A stretch of 63,883 nt of DNA, filler included, from Octopus bimaculoides (taxonomy: Eukaryota), in NCBI RefSeq assembly GCF_001194135.2. It is 7 parts of 6 records of this genome, joined end to end, with 100 filler letters (N's around TTAATTAATTAA, not from the genome) between each part and the next. Parts side by side here need not be neighbours in the genome. Positions count along the whole stretch, not along the records: positions 11,693 to 38,195 come from NC_068991.1; positions 38,296 to 46,294 come from NC_068994.1; positions 46,395 to 50,797 come from NC_069008.1; 4 more parts are not named here. One strand, given 5' to 3'. The notes under the pieces are model-generated. The model saw only the letters and a list, made by a program, of their open reading frames with translations. It searched no databases and was not told where the DNA came from. Shown piece by piece: positions 35,818 to 49,439 of the stretch (positions within the stretch are counted from its first letter, which is position 1; the number at the start of each line of letters is the position of its first letter). A program made the position numbers and the translations under genes.

Positions 35818-35985
35818 AGGAGTGGCTGTGTGGTAAATAGCTTGCTTACCAACCACATGGTTCCGGGTTCAGTCCAACTGTGTAGCACCTTGGGAAAGTG
35901 TCTTCTACTATAACTTTGGGCCGACCAAAGCCTTGTGAGTGGATTTGGTAGACGGAAACTGAAAGAAGCCTGTCGTATATATGTA
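35818..35985 (+). mobile_element. SINE family A, 5' half with tRNA-like head
   Basis: GGAGTGGCTGTGTGGTAA (A box), GGGTTCAGTCC (B box), CACCTTGGGAAAGTGTC central domain. Confidence 0.88.
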
Positions 35986-37638
35986 TACTAGCAGTATAAC
36001 CTGACGTTGTCCGGGTGTGACTTATTACGCCATCTACAATAAGTCTTGCTAGATAAAAATCAGCTAAAAAAGAAAGCCTTAGAATGAAAAAAACCTTATG
36101 ATGTAAATATGTTCATAATTCAAAAGACGATGAAATTAATAGGGAAAGTTTGAAGGCTGTTTTGTGCAACATTATTAAGCATACGTAAATTTCATCCATC
36201 TAATTGGCTATACAAATGCTTGTGCAAAACAACTTTTAGCGCTGCCTTGATTATACATAACAGGGTAATCCTTTTTCGCAGGAGGTAGGATGGCAATTTC
36301 TGATAAAGCAATTGCTGGCGATCTGTTACTACACAGTTCTGCCAGAATTCTATCAGATTGGGCAGATGTTGATGCACCATTTTGAATTATGTTCAAAGTA
36401 GCTTCTGGAATGTTGTGAATTGCTGCAGTCTGTTGCTGTCTTTTTAAACCGGTTGCTTTCTTTCCCCAGCAAGCTCTCTTCTTTGGAGGCATAATCTATG
36501 TACATATTAAACAAAACAACAAAAGTTATAACAGATGGCAGAGTCGATAGTTTTCATATTTCGGTAATTTTTCAGATTAACACCCACACGATTACGTAAC
36601 CCTAACCCTAACCCTAAACTTAAACCCTAACCCTAACCGTAACCCTAAAATCCTAACCCTGGCCCTAAAACCGTAACCGTAACACTAACCTTAATTGTAA
36701 CCCTAACCCTAAGCCTAAATCCTAACCCTAACCGTAACCCTAAACCCTAACCCTGACCCAAAAACCGTAACCCTAACACCCTAGTGAAAATTGTGCGGGT
36801 GTTAATCTGAAAAATTACCCACATTTGTAATGAAGTTCACTGATTTGCAATGTGTTGTCCATAAGCTCCGTAGTTTGTATATTTACAAAACATTGACGAA
36901 CATGAGTTATATTGTAGTGAATGCTTGTGTGTATGTGCGCGTGTATGCGTTTGAGAGAGTGAGAAAGAAGAGGGAGAGAGGAAAAGAGAGAGAGGGGGAG
37001 AAAGAAATAGAGAACGGGAGCAATGAAGAGAGGGAAAGAGAGGAAGGGAGAACGGAAGACAGTTATAAAATAGCAATGCATGCGCATGTTTATATAAGAA
37101 ACACACAGAAACTAAATCTTATATCTATAATGTTGATGTGTGTATGTGTTTATGTGTATGTTGTCACAGATCACGTATGTGTGGTTGTGTGTGTTTTTAC
37201 GTTTCTATGTTATAAAAATATGTTAGAGGTAGAGGGATAGAGAAAGCTATCAAATGGGAGAGAGGAAGAAGAACGAAGTAAGAGTGAAAAGGTAGGAGGA
37301 AAGAATAGTCTTAAAGCAAGTTAATCTATGACTTTGTATGTATCACTTTCTCTCTCTCTCCCTCTTTTACTCTGTATATTATATGTTGAGCGTGTGATCG
37401 ATGTGTAAGAATGCCGGTACAGGTAGAAGGGAAGAAATATAAAAGTTGCTAGAAACAACAGCCAAATCTCCCTTAAATCATACGGAATTTAAAAAATCTA
37501 ATTACTGCACTGGAAAATTCACATCGAGAAAATTCCATTGATGTAAAAATTTGTACGAAAAAGTGGAAAATGTGGATTTTTGTAAACTTTTAAAAAGACT
37601 TCACACAGATACACAACTTCAGCATTATATATTAAGAT
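35986..37638 (+). mobile_element. Helitron/Helentron-like non-autonomous element
   Basis: Begins TACTAGCAGTATAACCTGACGTTGTCCGGG (TACTAG plus hairpin-like start) inside the TA tract of a SINE; ends ACAACTTCAGCATTATATATTAAGAT. Both resemble Helentron-type termini from memory. Confidence 0.5.
36563..36819. mobile_element. MITE with 31-bp TIRs enclosing degenerate (CCCTAA)n
   Basis: 36563-36593 GGTAATTTTTCAGATTAACACCCACACGATT is the reverse complement (2 mismatches) of 36789-36819. Confidence 0.85.
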
Positions 37639-37939
37639 GGGCAACACACACACACACACTAAATAAAAAAAATGACAGGTATTTGTATGTATGTGTGTAT
37701 TAATGTGTATTCTGTGTCTCAATATATATATGGTAGTAAGTAAATGCGTTTAAAGAAAGATATTAAAAAAATTCAGTTTGTAGGGAATAAATGTTTAACT
37801 GTCGATCGTATTTGGAAGAGACTGACAGGTATTTGTATGCATGTGTTCATTTGTATATGTGTGTATTTATACATATGTATGTATGAATATGTATTCAAAA
37901 ACATCTATATTTACAATTTAAAGTTGGTTTTCACACTCA

Positions 37940-38142
37940 ACCCTGTTCTGCAGAATCAGTGTAACGACAGGAGGTTTGTGCCCATCTCTACATTCTGAGT
38001 TCAAATTCCGCCAAAGTCGACTTTGCCTTTCATCCTTTTGGGGTCTAAAAAATAAGTACCAGTTGAACACAGGGGTCGATATAATCGACTATTCTCCACC
38101 TGCCCCAAGCCGCCCTTGTGGGGAAAATTTAAAATAATGATG

Positions 38143-38175
<33 letters not shown>
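37940..38175 (+). mobile_element. SINE family B variant
   Basis: TTCTGAGTTCAAATTCCGCCAAAGTCGACTTTGCCTTTCATCC..AATAAGTACCAGTTG; (AAT)n tail. Confidence 0.8.
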
Positions 38176-38176
<1 letters not shown>

Positions 38177-38195
38177 GGACCTCTGCCAATCAAAT

Positions 38196-38295
38196 NNNNN
38201 NNNNNNNNNNNNNNNNNNNNNNNNNNNNNNNNNNNNNNNTTAATTAATTAANNNNNNNNNNNNNNNNNNNNNNNNNNNNNNNNNNNNNNNNNNNN
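38196..38295. other. Synthetic scaffold join N44-TTAATTAATTAA-N44
   Basis: Same 100-bp construct. Confidence 0.95.
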
Positions 38296-38479
38296 ATATA
38301 TATATATATATATATATATATGTATTATGTATGTATGTATGTATGTATGTATGTATATATATGTATACTTACAAATTTATATACAAATATTTGTATATAG
38401 ATAGATAGATAGATATGGGCACGTAAGTTTATACTCATATACATGTATGAATATATGTTTATACACATTCTTAAATCTG

Positions 38480-38523
<44 letters not shown>

Positions 38524-40189
38524 GCCTTATGTGTGTACGTGGTTGCGTGCATGTATGTATGTATGTATGTATGTATGTATAAATGTGCGTGCTTGCGTGT
38601 GCTTGTGTATGGGTGTTTGTATATGTACGAGTCTGTGAAGGGTGGCATCTAATGCTGTAATTACGACGGTTGACACCTCCTAATGGCTATTTCATTTACT
38701 CTGCGATGCACGCTGCCGCCATCTTTACATACTTACCTACTTTATATACTTTCCTCACTGGTATATATATATATATATATATATATATACCAGTGTGTGT
38801 GGCTGTGTGTGTGTGCGTGTATATATATATATATATCTATATCTATATNNNNNNNNNNNNNNNNNNNNNNNNNNNNNNNNNNNNNNNNNNNNNNNNNNNN
38901 NNNNNNNNNNNNNNNNNNNNNNNNNNNNNNNNNNNNNNNNNNNNNNNNNNNNNNNNNNNNNNNNNNNNNNNNNNNNNNNNNNNNNNNNNNNNNNNNNNNN
39001 NNNNNNNNNNNNNNNNNNNNNNNNNNNNNNNNNNNNNNNNNNNNNNNNNNNNNNNNNNNNNNNNNNNNNNNNNNNNNNNNNNNNNNNNNNNNNNNNNNNN
39101 NNNNNNNNNNNNNNNNNNNNNNNNNNNNNNNNNNNNNNNNNNNNNNNNNNNNNNNNNNNNNNNNNNNNNNNNNNNNNNNNNNNNNNNNNNNNNNNNNNNN
39201 NNNNNNNNNNNNNNNNNNNNNNNNNNNNNNNNNNNNNNNNNNNNNNNNNNNNNNNNNNNNNNNNNNNNNNNNNNNNNNNNNNNNNNNNNNNNNNNNNNNN
39301 NNNNNNNNNNNNNNNNNNNNNNNNNNNNNNNNNNNNNNNNNNNNNNNNNNNNNNNNNNNNNNNNNNNNNNNNNNNNNNNNNNNNNNNNNNNNNNNNNNNN
39401 NNNNNNNNNNNNNNNNNNNNNNNNNNNNNNNNNNNNNNNNNNNNNNNNNNNNNNNNNNNNNNNNNNNNNNNNNNNNNNNNNNNNNNNNNNNNNNNNNNNN
39501 NNNNNNNNNNNNNNNNNNNNNNNNNNNNNNNNNNNNNNNNNNNNNNNNNNNNNNNNNNNNNNNNNNNNNNNNNNNNNNNNNNNNNNNNNNNNNNNNNNNN
39601 NNNNNNNNNNNNNNNNNNNNNNNNNNNNNNNNNNNNNNNNNNNNNNNNNNNNNNNNNNNNNNNNNNNNNNNNNNNNNNNNNNNNNNNNNNNNNNNNNNNN
39701 NNNNNNNNNNNNNNNNNNNNNNNNNNNNNNNNNNNNNNNNNNNNNNNNNNNNNNNNNNNNNNNNNNNNNNNNNNNNNNNNNNGTATGTATATATATGATC
39801 AATTTTTTTTTAAAAAGTCGATATTCATAGTACTCTGGCAAAATCGAAAGAGGGGTGGACGTAATGCTTATATTTAGTTACAAACCTTTATGTTCTGTAT
39901 TTGAGTTCCACTCAGGTTAACTGTAACCCTCTCATCTTTACAAATCTAATAATAAAACAAGTATGTGTCATGTACTGGAATCAATACGAATTAGCCATGC
40001 TCTTTAATGACGGAGCCCCAGCAAAATCACAGTCCAATAACTAAAACCAGTGAAAAGGCGGGGGGGGGGAGAGAAAAGAACAAACCAGAAACATATGGAG
40101 ATTAGCCAATGGCGGTTTCAAATCTATTCGATGCCTGTTTTCTTCTCATGATATTATTTCACATGAGAAAAATGAGTACAACACAACTC

Positions 40190-40464
40190 GCCCCCATCTC
40201 TCTTTCTTTCCCTTTTACTCTTTCTCTCTCTCTCTTCGTTCGTATTTTCTATCGTTTATTTTTTCTCTCTTATTCTCTCTTCTTTTCTCTGTATGTTATT
40301 TTGTGTCTCTTTTACTGTCATTCTCTTTCATTTTCCTTATTTCTCTTTCCTTTCTTTCATGTTCCCTTTCGTTTTTCTCTTTCTCTCTCTATGTCCAATC
40401 TCTCTCTCTCTTTCTCTCTCTCACTCTCTCTCACTCTCTCTCACTCTCTCTCGCTCACTTTCTA

Positions 40465-40514
<50 letters not shown>

Positions 40515-40642
40515 GCTTGCTCTCTTTCTCTCACACACATACTCTCTCTCTCTCTCTTTCCATATTCTCCCTGTTTCACTCTTTCAATCTATTTCTTTCC
40601 CTCTGCTTCTCATACTCTCTGTTTCTCATACTTTGCCTTTCT

Positions 40643-40681
<39 letters not shown>

Positions 40682-40740
40682 TCTCTCTTTCGTTCGCTTT
40701 CTCATTCTCCTTCCCACTCTCTTTTTTTTTCTCGTCTTTA
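40190..40740. repeat. CT-rich low-complexity tract
   Basis: (CT)n runs and variants. Confidence 0.9.
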
Positions 40741-40789
40741 AGCTAACATGGCTGATCACTCATTGTTCGATATCTTTGATTACAAAAGC

Positions 40790-40813
40790 AAAAACAACAA
40801 AAACAACAACAGC

Positions 40814-40848
<35 letters not shown>

Positions 40849-41035
40849 AAAGGGCAGTGAAATTCAAATAGCCGTACTTGTTTAACGCATAAGTGCGTGT
40901 GATAAATAAATATTTATCGTATGTATTTGCATAACCGTATTCATTAAACACACAAAACAAGAAGAAGAAGAAGAAGAAGAAGAAGAAGAAGAAGAAGAAG
41001 AAGAGCAACAACAACAACAACAACAACAACAACGA
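40790..41035. repeat. (AAC)n and compound (AAG)n(AAC)n microsatellites
   Basis: Direct reading. Confidence 0.9.
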
Positions 41036-42107
41036 CGCTAAAAGTAACAAAAGCGATGACGGCGATTTCATTCTTGTTCTTTAGATGTGAGATTTTTCTT
41101 TTCTTGTATTCAAAATGTCGACTTTCTCCCTCGTTTTCCGCTGGTTTTTAAAAGCTCTGTCACAGGCTTTAATCTTAGTTTTCTTTCAATACGTGTGGGA
41201 AACGTCTTTTCCTTTTTTTTTTTCTTTACCAAAAAAAAACAAAAAAACATAGAATATAACTGTATTTATTTATTTGTGTTGTATTTGGAATTCAGTTTCA
41301 ANNNNNNNNNNNNNNNNNNNNNNNNNNNNNNNNNNNNNNNNNNNNNNNNNNNNNNNNNNNNNNNNNNNNNNNNNNNNNNNNNNNNNNNNNNNNNNNNNNN
41401 NNNNNNNNNNNNNNNNNNNNNNNNNNNNNNNNNNNNNNNNNNNNNNNNNNNNNNNNNNNNNNNNNNNNNNNNNNNNNNNNNNNNNNNNNNNNNNNNNNNN
41501 NNNNNNNNNNNNNNNNNNNNNNNNNNNNNNNNNNNNNNNNNNNNNNNNNNNNNNNNNNNNNNNNNNNNNNNNNNNNNNNNNNNNNNNNNNNNNNNNNNNN
41601 NNNNNNNNNNNNNNNNNNNNNNNNNNNNNNNNNNNNNNNNNNNNNNNNNNNNNNNNNNNNNNNNNNNNNNNNNNNNNNNNNNNNNNNNNNNNNNNNNNNN
41701 NNNNNNNNNNNNNNNNNNNNNNNNNNNNNNNNNNNNNNNNNNNNNNNNNNNNNNNNNNNNNNNNNNNNNNNNNNNNNNNNNNNNNNNNNNNNNNNNNNNN
41801 NNNNNNNNNNNNNNNNNNNNNNNNNNNNNNNNNNNNNNNNNNNNNNNNNNNNNNNNNNNNNNNNNNNNNNNNNNNNNNNNNNNNNNNNNNNNNNNNNNNN
41901 NNNNNNNNNNNNNNNNNNNNNNNNNNNNNNNNNNNNNNNNNNNNNNNNNNNNNNNNNNNNNNNNNNNNNNNNNNNNNNNNNNNNNNNNNNNNNNNNNNNN
42001 NNNNNNNTTATAACGATGATGAATGATTTGGGCGGGAATCCATGACATACATTTAAGCAACCAAGCAAGCTGAAAGACCGTGATGCGGGAACGCTCTCTT
42101 AGCTCCG

Positions 42108-42182
42108 GCTCCGGCATCCAGCGAATTTGTCTTACAACAATTCATCTACAGCAACTTATCTACGGCTACAATTCATCTGCGA

Positions 42183-42230
<48 letters not shown>

Positions 42231-42670
42231 ATACAAGCACACACGCGCATGCAACCACATACACACATACAACTACACCTACACATTAAACCACATACGC
42301 ACACACACAACTACACACACACATGCACATATATACAAGCACACACACACACACACACATACAAGCACACACACACATTCAACGACATATACACACATAC
42401 AACTACACATACACATACACATACATACCACCACACACACACAGACACACATATAACCACACACACACACACACACATAAAAGCACACACACATTCAACC
42501 ACATACACATACCCATACACACACATACATACAACCACACACACACAGACACACACACACATACAAGCACACACACACACATTCAACCACATACACACAC
42601 ATACACACACATACACATACATACAACCACACACACACAGACACACATACAACCACACACACACATACAA

Positions 42671-42704
<34 letters not shown>

Positions 42705-42860
42705 TTACAAACACACGCACACATACATACAACCACACACACACACACATACATGCTACCAAATACACACACACACACACACACATACATACACATAGAC
42801 GAATTTTTGTAGACGAATTGTAGACGAATTGTTGCAGACGAATTCAGCCAGAACCCTCAG
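42108..42860. mobile_element. TIR-bounded element with subterminal AATTCGTCTAC-type repeats and a CA-rich core
   Basis: Left GAATTTGTCTTACAACAATTCATCTAC versus reverse complement of right end GAATTCGTCTGCAACAATTCGTCTAC; about 600 bp of compound (CA)n between them. Confidence 0.6.
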
Positions 42861-43434
42861 CCCCGTAGGTGACTTCAGTCAAAACGATTTCAGTCCACTG
42901 AACGGCCAAACTACTCAATCTTCCTACTAGTCGTTACACATTAGTAAACATAGTCCTCTCTTTATATTTATTTCATGGTTTTATGCTCTAATTTAGACCA
43001 TTGATTTACAACCCTATAATAAAAGCTGCGCCATGTGTGCTTGTGATTAAATGTTTCGACGGTGGTTTCATTTGTTATAGTTAATTAATTCGAAGGGGAG
43101 CCGGTTAAAATTTAAAGGGAGTTGATCATCTAGCTAGAACCCTATCAGTTTACTTACGGGACCAAATTTTTTTTCTGTTTCTGAGCATGCCATGCACAAG
43201 ACAAATGCATAGCATGAATACATACATATCTACATACATACACGCATACATACATGAATACATACATACATATATATATATATATACATGAATACATACA
43301 TACACAAATACATACATACATTTATGAATACATGTTTGTATGTATGTATGTATGTATGGATGGGCGGCTGCTTGAACACACGAACTCACATAAAGAATCT
43401 TGCAAACCAAATCCCAAAACGAAATACATACATA

Positions 43435-43928
43435 CATATTACTCTTACTCTTTTCCTTGTTTCAGTCATTTGACTGCGGCCATGCTGGAGCACCGCCTTT
43501 AGTCGAGCAAATCGACCCCGGGACTTATTCTTTGTAAGCCCAGTACTTATTCTATCGGTCTCTTTTGCCAAACCGCTAAGTGACGGGGACATAAACACAC
43601 CAGCNNNNNNNNNNNNNNNNNNNNNNNNNNNNNNNNNNNNNNNNNNNNNNNNNNNNNNNNNNNNNNNNNNNNNNNNNNNNNNNNNNNNNNNNNNNNNNNN
43701 NNNNNNNNNNNNNNNNNNNNNNNNNNNNNNNNNNNNNNNNNNNATATATATATATATATATATATATATATACGACGGGCTTCTTTCAGTTTTCGTCTAC
43801 CAAATCCACTCAGAAGGCTTTGGTCGGCCAGAGGCTATAGTAGAAGACACTTGCCCAAAGTGCCACGCAGTGAGATTGAACTCGGGACCATGTGGTTGGT
43901 AAGCAAGCTAATTACCACACAGCCACTC
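43435..43928 (-). mobile_element. SINE family A, full length, split by a gap
   Basis: Tail at 43435-43604 and head/central domain at 43770-43928 both match the family. Confidence 0.9.
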
Positions 43929-44919
43929 TTGTATATACATTTACATATACATATACATATACATCTACATACATATACATATATAACAGTCATAATTCAA
44001 TTTCGGTCAACCCGAAGCTATAGTAAAGTGCAACTGTCCAAGGGGCTACGCGGTGGCTGTGGGACTGAACTCGAGACTATGAGTCTTTATTACACGCAAC
44101 CATGTGTAATATATATATGTACGCATATATATTTATATATGCACACACACACACACACACACAGAGTCAGAGACACACACACATACATAAATCAACGTAC
44201 ATACAAGCAGATCACGTGAGGAATAACCGTGAACCAATCACAGACGGTAGTAACAGATAAATTATGAATAAAACTAAAATTAGGGTTCGTTTGTCAAAAG
44301 TATAGAACGCCAGTTTGAAATGTCATGGGAGTCAAACGATTAGAACTGTTGGTAGCTTGATATTTTAATTAGAAAATCTTTACCTGACATTCCCTCGTAC
44401 TCTAGTCCTGCCACTCTTATCCCTTGAAATTAATTTGGGCCCCTCCAAAAGCCCACACCCAGTATATGTTATGTACATTTACTTACAATTATGCGCGCTG
44501 GGAAATGTATATATATATATATATATNNNNNNNNNNNNNNNNNNNNNNNNNNNNNNNNNNNNNNNNNNNNNNNNNNNNNNNNNNNNNNNNNNNNNNNNNN
44601 NNNNNNNNNNNNNNNNNNNNNNNNNNNNNNNNNNNNNNNNNNNNNNNNNNNNNNNNNNNNNNNNNNNNNNNNNNNNNNNNNNNNNNNNNNNNNNNNNNNN
44701 NNNNNNNNNNNNNNNNNNNNNNNNNNNNNNNNNNNNNNNNNNNNNNNNNNNNNNNNNNNNNNNNNNNNNNNNNNNNNNNNNNNNNNNNNNNNNNNNNNNN
44801 NNNNNNNNNNNNNNNNNNNNNNNNNNNNNNNNNNNNNNNNNNNNNNNNNNNNNNNNNNNNNNNNNNNNNNNNNNNNNNNNNNNNNNNNNNNNNNNNNNNN
44901 NNNNNNNNNNNNNNNNNNN

Positions 44920-44962
<43 letters not shown>

Positions 44963-45409
44963 ACTAATATATACATAAAAATCGATTTACAAAATAGTCA
45001 GGTTCACCATTGAGAATTCATTTGTTCTATCATCTTAATTACCTACTCTTGAAAATGTGTATAAGTGGCTGAGTATCCCACTGACATGTTGTACCCCTTT
45101 AACATAATTCTCAGGCAGAACCGGCATTACATCTATATATAATCCGCCCAACAGTCTTGTGTACAAATTCTGACAGACTAAGCAGCTTCAGTCAAAAAAT
45201 AAAGGCTGACTCAAGACAAGAGAAAATGACATTGGTCTAAGTTGCTACCAAGGTGGATTGAAAATGTTACTACTTGGTTGTAAATTTCCTGTAATTATGA
45301 ATGAATGCTCAAACCAAAATAGCTTCCATGTAAAGTAAGCATACATTCAATAAAACGGCTATTCGTTATTGAAGGACATATCCACCATCAACGCCAATTC
45401 GTCGCAGGA

Positions 45410-45556
45410 TTATTCATTTTTACCAGCTGAATGTACTGGAGTGACGTGAAATAAATTGTTTTGCTTGCTCAAGAACTCAACGCATTGCCCAATCGAGGAA
45501 TCGAAACCACAATCTTATGATCTTGAGTGCAACATCCTAACCACTAAACCAAGCCT
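45410..45556 (-). mobile_element. tRNA-derived SINE family D, 5' part
   Basis: Minus strand TGGTTTAGTGGTTAGG (A box), GGTTTCGATTCC (B box), then GTTCTTGAGCAAG..TTTATTTCACG; related piece at 46555-46650. Confidence 0.75.
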
Positions 45557-46168
45557 AGCTCCTCCACAACATTGCAAATGCCCAACCTTAATTACATTAA
45601 AACTGAAGCTGTAGAATTAGAAGCTTTCATACTTTTCCAGAAATAACAGCATTAACCTTATATCAAACTTTATTATCGCAAACTTCGTCATTTTACAAGA
45701 CTGCCCATCTTAAATTCAGAGAGTCCCCTCTGTGTTAAGCAGCTCTTATATTTCCTCAGAATCCAACTAACATGGTCCAACTGCTAAGAATATAGCTGTC
45801 CGTTTGTATTCTAATCGTTTGTTTGCATGCTTGCAGACTTTATGTTCCGCTCTGTTTATTACGAAAATTACTGATGTTGAAACACCCAGAAATATTTTTC
45901 ATTTCTTGTCTTTCAACTTCTTACATTTTTGTTTTCTTTCCTTCTTCTCTATCCCTTATAATCAATCACAATTATATTCAGGAATGTGTGCATATTTACA
46001 TATAGAATAAAAGAATATAGCTTGCGATTACGACTGACTCTATGAGTCGACGTATGTATGTATGTATGTATGTATGTATGTATGTATGTATGTATGTATG
46101 CATCATGTGTGTATATATGAGAGAGAGATAGAGAGAGAACTAAGTTGATATGCAGATAGATAGAAAGT

Positions 46169-46229
<61 letters not shown>

Positions 46230-46294
46230 GATAGACAGACAGACAGACGGACAGATATATATATAGATAGATAGATAGATGATAGATAGATAGA

Positions 46295-46394
46295 NNNNNN
46301 NNNNNNNNNNNNNNNNNNNNNNNNNNNNNNNNNNNNNNTTAATTAATTAANNNNNNNNNNNNNNNNNNNNNNNNNNNNNNNNNNNNNNNNNNNN
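46295..46394. other. Synthetic scaffold join N44-TTAATTAATTAA-N44
   Basis: Same 100-bp construct. Confidence 0.95.
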
Positions 46395-46934
46395 ATATAT
46401 ATATATATATATACACATACATATACATGTATATGTATGCGTGTATGTATATATTTGTGTTTGTGTCTCCATGTCTTCCTTAGAGAAAAATCCAAATTCT
46501 TTTAAAACTTGGCACGGCTGTGTGTATATGTGTGTGTGTGGTTTCACAACTGATTGGACTGGAGCGACGGGAAATGAAGTGTTTTGCTCAAGAACACAAC
46601 ACGCCATCTGGTCAGGGAATTGAAAGGATGATCTCGTGAGAGGGTGACTCAAGTAAATCACCCGAATGGAGGTATTGCAAGCCACATTTTGTTCTCGGTG
46701 ATCAAAAGGACGAATAGTACAACTTGTACTGTAAATCCTGGCTAGTTGGGATTGGTTGCTCAACTATGTCAGAGATCAAGTCAAGTGTGTTGTTAAGAAG
46801 TTAGTTCTTGGTTCAAATCTCCACTGCACTGTTTGGCAAGTATCATTTGCTAACATAGCTTTGGCTTGTTCAACACCTTTAGAGTAAAATTTGGTAGATG
46901 GTAACTGTAGAGGAATCTGTTGTATGTGTATGTA

Positions 46935-48182
46935 TCAGGTCATCCCATAAGTTCTGTCCGAATTTTGAATAAAGAAAACAAGTGATCAAATGTTATATTT
47001 AATTGAAATTTAATCATCGATGTACTTTCCCTGATTATCTATGACTTCCTTCCATCTATTTACAAGCTTTTTAATCCCATCAACGTAAAGCTCTTTTGTT
47101 TTCAAAGCAAATATCTCTAAAATGTCAGTTTCGATCTCCTCCTGGCTTGCGAAAGTTATGTCCCCCAAATGATTCTGTAAACTACGAAACAAATGGTAGT
47201 CTGAAGGAGCAAGGTCAGGAGAATAAGGTGAATGAGGAATTTTTTCCCAACCAAGCTCTTTGATCTTCTGTGATGTGATCTTTGCAGTGTGGGNNNNNNN
47301 NNNNNNNNNNNNNNNNNNNNNNNNNNNNNNNNNNNNNNNNNNNNNNNNNNNNNNNNNNNNNNNNNNNNNNNNNNNNNNNNNNNNNNNNNNNNNNNNNNNN
47401 NNNNNNNNNNNNNNNNNNNNNNNNNNNNNNNNNNNNNNNNNNNNNNNNNNNNNNNNNNNNNNNNNNNNNNNNNNNNNNNNNNNNNNNNNNNNNNNNNNNN
47501 NNNNNNNNNNNNNNNNNNNNNNNNNNNNNNNNNNNNNNNNNNNNNNNNNNNNNNNNNNNNNNNNNNNNNNNNNNNNNNNNNNNNNNNNNNNNNNNNNNNN
47601 NNNNNNNNNNNNNNNNNNNNNNNNNNNNNNNNNNNNNNNNNNNNNNNNNNNNNNNNNNNNNNNNNNNNNNNNNNNNNNNNNNNNNNNNNNNNNNNNNNNN
47701 NNNNNNNNNNNNNNNNNNNNNNNNNNNNNNNNNNNNNNNNNNNNNNNNNNNNNNNNNNNNNNNNNNNNNNNNNNNNNNNNNNNNNNNNNNNNNNNNNNNN
47801 NNNNNNNCCTGTTCAATCTTCATCTTCAAGGCCGAAATCTCCACTTCTGAATTTTGCAAACTATCTTCTGCAAGTTCTTTCATTCAAGCATTCTTTCCCA
47901 TAAACTGAGTGTATGTTTCGAGTCGTTTCGGCTGCAGAGTTTCCTTTTTTGTACTCATAAAGCATTATGTGCCTCAAATGCTCTTTGGATACTTCCATGT
48001 TAGAAAGGGTTTTAATCAAAGAAATGTTAATTCTATTATTCTGTAAAATAATATTTAATTAGTTTAAATGTACATAAGTGCATAAAAATAATTTTTAATT
48101 CCATCAGACATTCTAAAATACTATTAAATTTCATTCAGTTTTAAAAAAGGTAAAATCGGACAGAACTTATGGGATGGTCTGA
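46935..48182 (-). mobile_element. Full-length-sized mariner transposon (middle in gap)
   Basis: TIRs TCAG(GT/AC)CATCCCATAAGTTCTGTCCGA with TA on both sides; N-terminus MEVSKEHLRHIMLYEYKKGNSAAE (in-frame TAG further on); C-terminus IPHSPYSPDLAPSDYHLFRSLQNHL. Confidence 0.93.
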
Positions 48183-48334
48183 TATTTCTCAACCATCTAG
48201 TGCATGGCACTTTGAGCAAGTGCATCTTTGCTTGTCGGATTGGCAATGCTTCATGAGTGAAATTTGATAAATGGAAACTGTATGGAAGCTTATGTGTGTG
48301 TGTGTATTTTTCAACCACATACTGCATAGTACAC

Positions 48335-48722
48335 ATTGTTCCAATCCACTCAGCTAGCAAAAATGAGTAGTACCTGCATTTCAAAGGGCCAACCTTGTCA
48401 CATGGTGTCATGCTGAATTACCCCGAGAACTACGTGTTCAAGTGGTTATGGTCAAGCAACTGACAAACAAATATAACAAAAGCAAAGTTTGAAGCCATTT
48501 TTCATATTATCTAGAGGTAAACAAATAAGTTGCTTCCCAAGGACAAAAAAACTACAATGCCTGAGTAATTCGAAATAATGTGAAATAAATAAGCATTACA
48601 TTTCACAAAGTAATCTGAATGCATGCCTGTGGAGTGCTCAACCATTTTGACATTAATTTCATGAGCAGGCTGTTCCGTTGATTGGATCAATTGGAACACT
48701 CGTCGTCGTAACTGACGGAGTG
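48335..48722 (+). mobile_element. SINE family D 3' part interrupted by a composite insert
   Basis: TCCACTCAGCT.GCAAAAATGAGT continues the family D body seen at 45410-45450; ~190 bp of foreign sequence lies at 48434-48620. Confidence 0.55.
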
Positions 48723-49439
48723 TCTCCTTTAGTCAGGAATTGATTATCATTATAGAAAATAAATAATCTTCATGCAAGATTCAATGTTGAGTGTCTTTTC
48801 GTTTTAGTTCTTTTTAGGACTAACACAGAGCTTCTTCTGCCTTTTTACATAGTTCGTGGTTAGCTTCAAAAACTGCTTTCTTCAATGACGTTCTAAAATC
48901 ATAATCAATAACTAATAATCATAGAATTTTCAGACATTCAAAGATAATCTGATATGTGTGCTTGTATATATACTCGTGTAGATCGATACGATGCGAGAAG
49001 TGCTGTAAATGTTTTGTATTATTTACCCCCGAAGTTTTTAGGAAAGCATAAATAAGCATGGGCAAGAAATGAATTCAAACCTGATAGAAGGGACGTAACT
49101 CCGTTGAACTTTGGTATCCGATAGAGCTGAATGAGTATCAACTAAGTATTGAGTTTGGTTGTGGTGAAGGGGAGGTCAGTGTAATTGGTTAAAAGCCTTC
49201 AGAGGCAGTAGCTAAGCATGACTGCAGTTCAGTGAGTGAAACCAGTAAAAGAACAGAAGATAAAAAATTTAGCAAGTTCAACAGGGTTTGTGTCAACTTG
49301 TGGCCATTATGATAGGACTTAGTGTAATTGCATTTGGGATGATTGCAAACCAACTTAATTTTTATGTGTGTAGACAAGATGGGACAGGGAGTGCCTAGGG
49401 ACACATGCTGCATAAAAGCGTATCAGTAAAGTGCCACTA

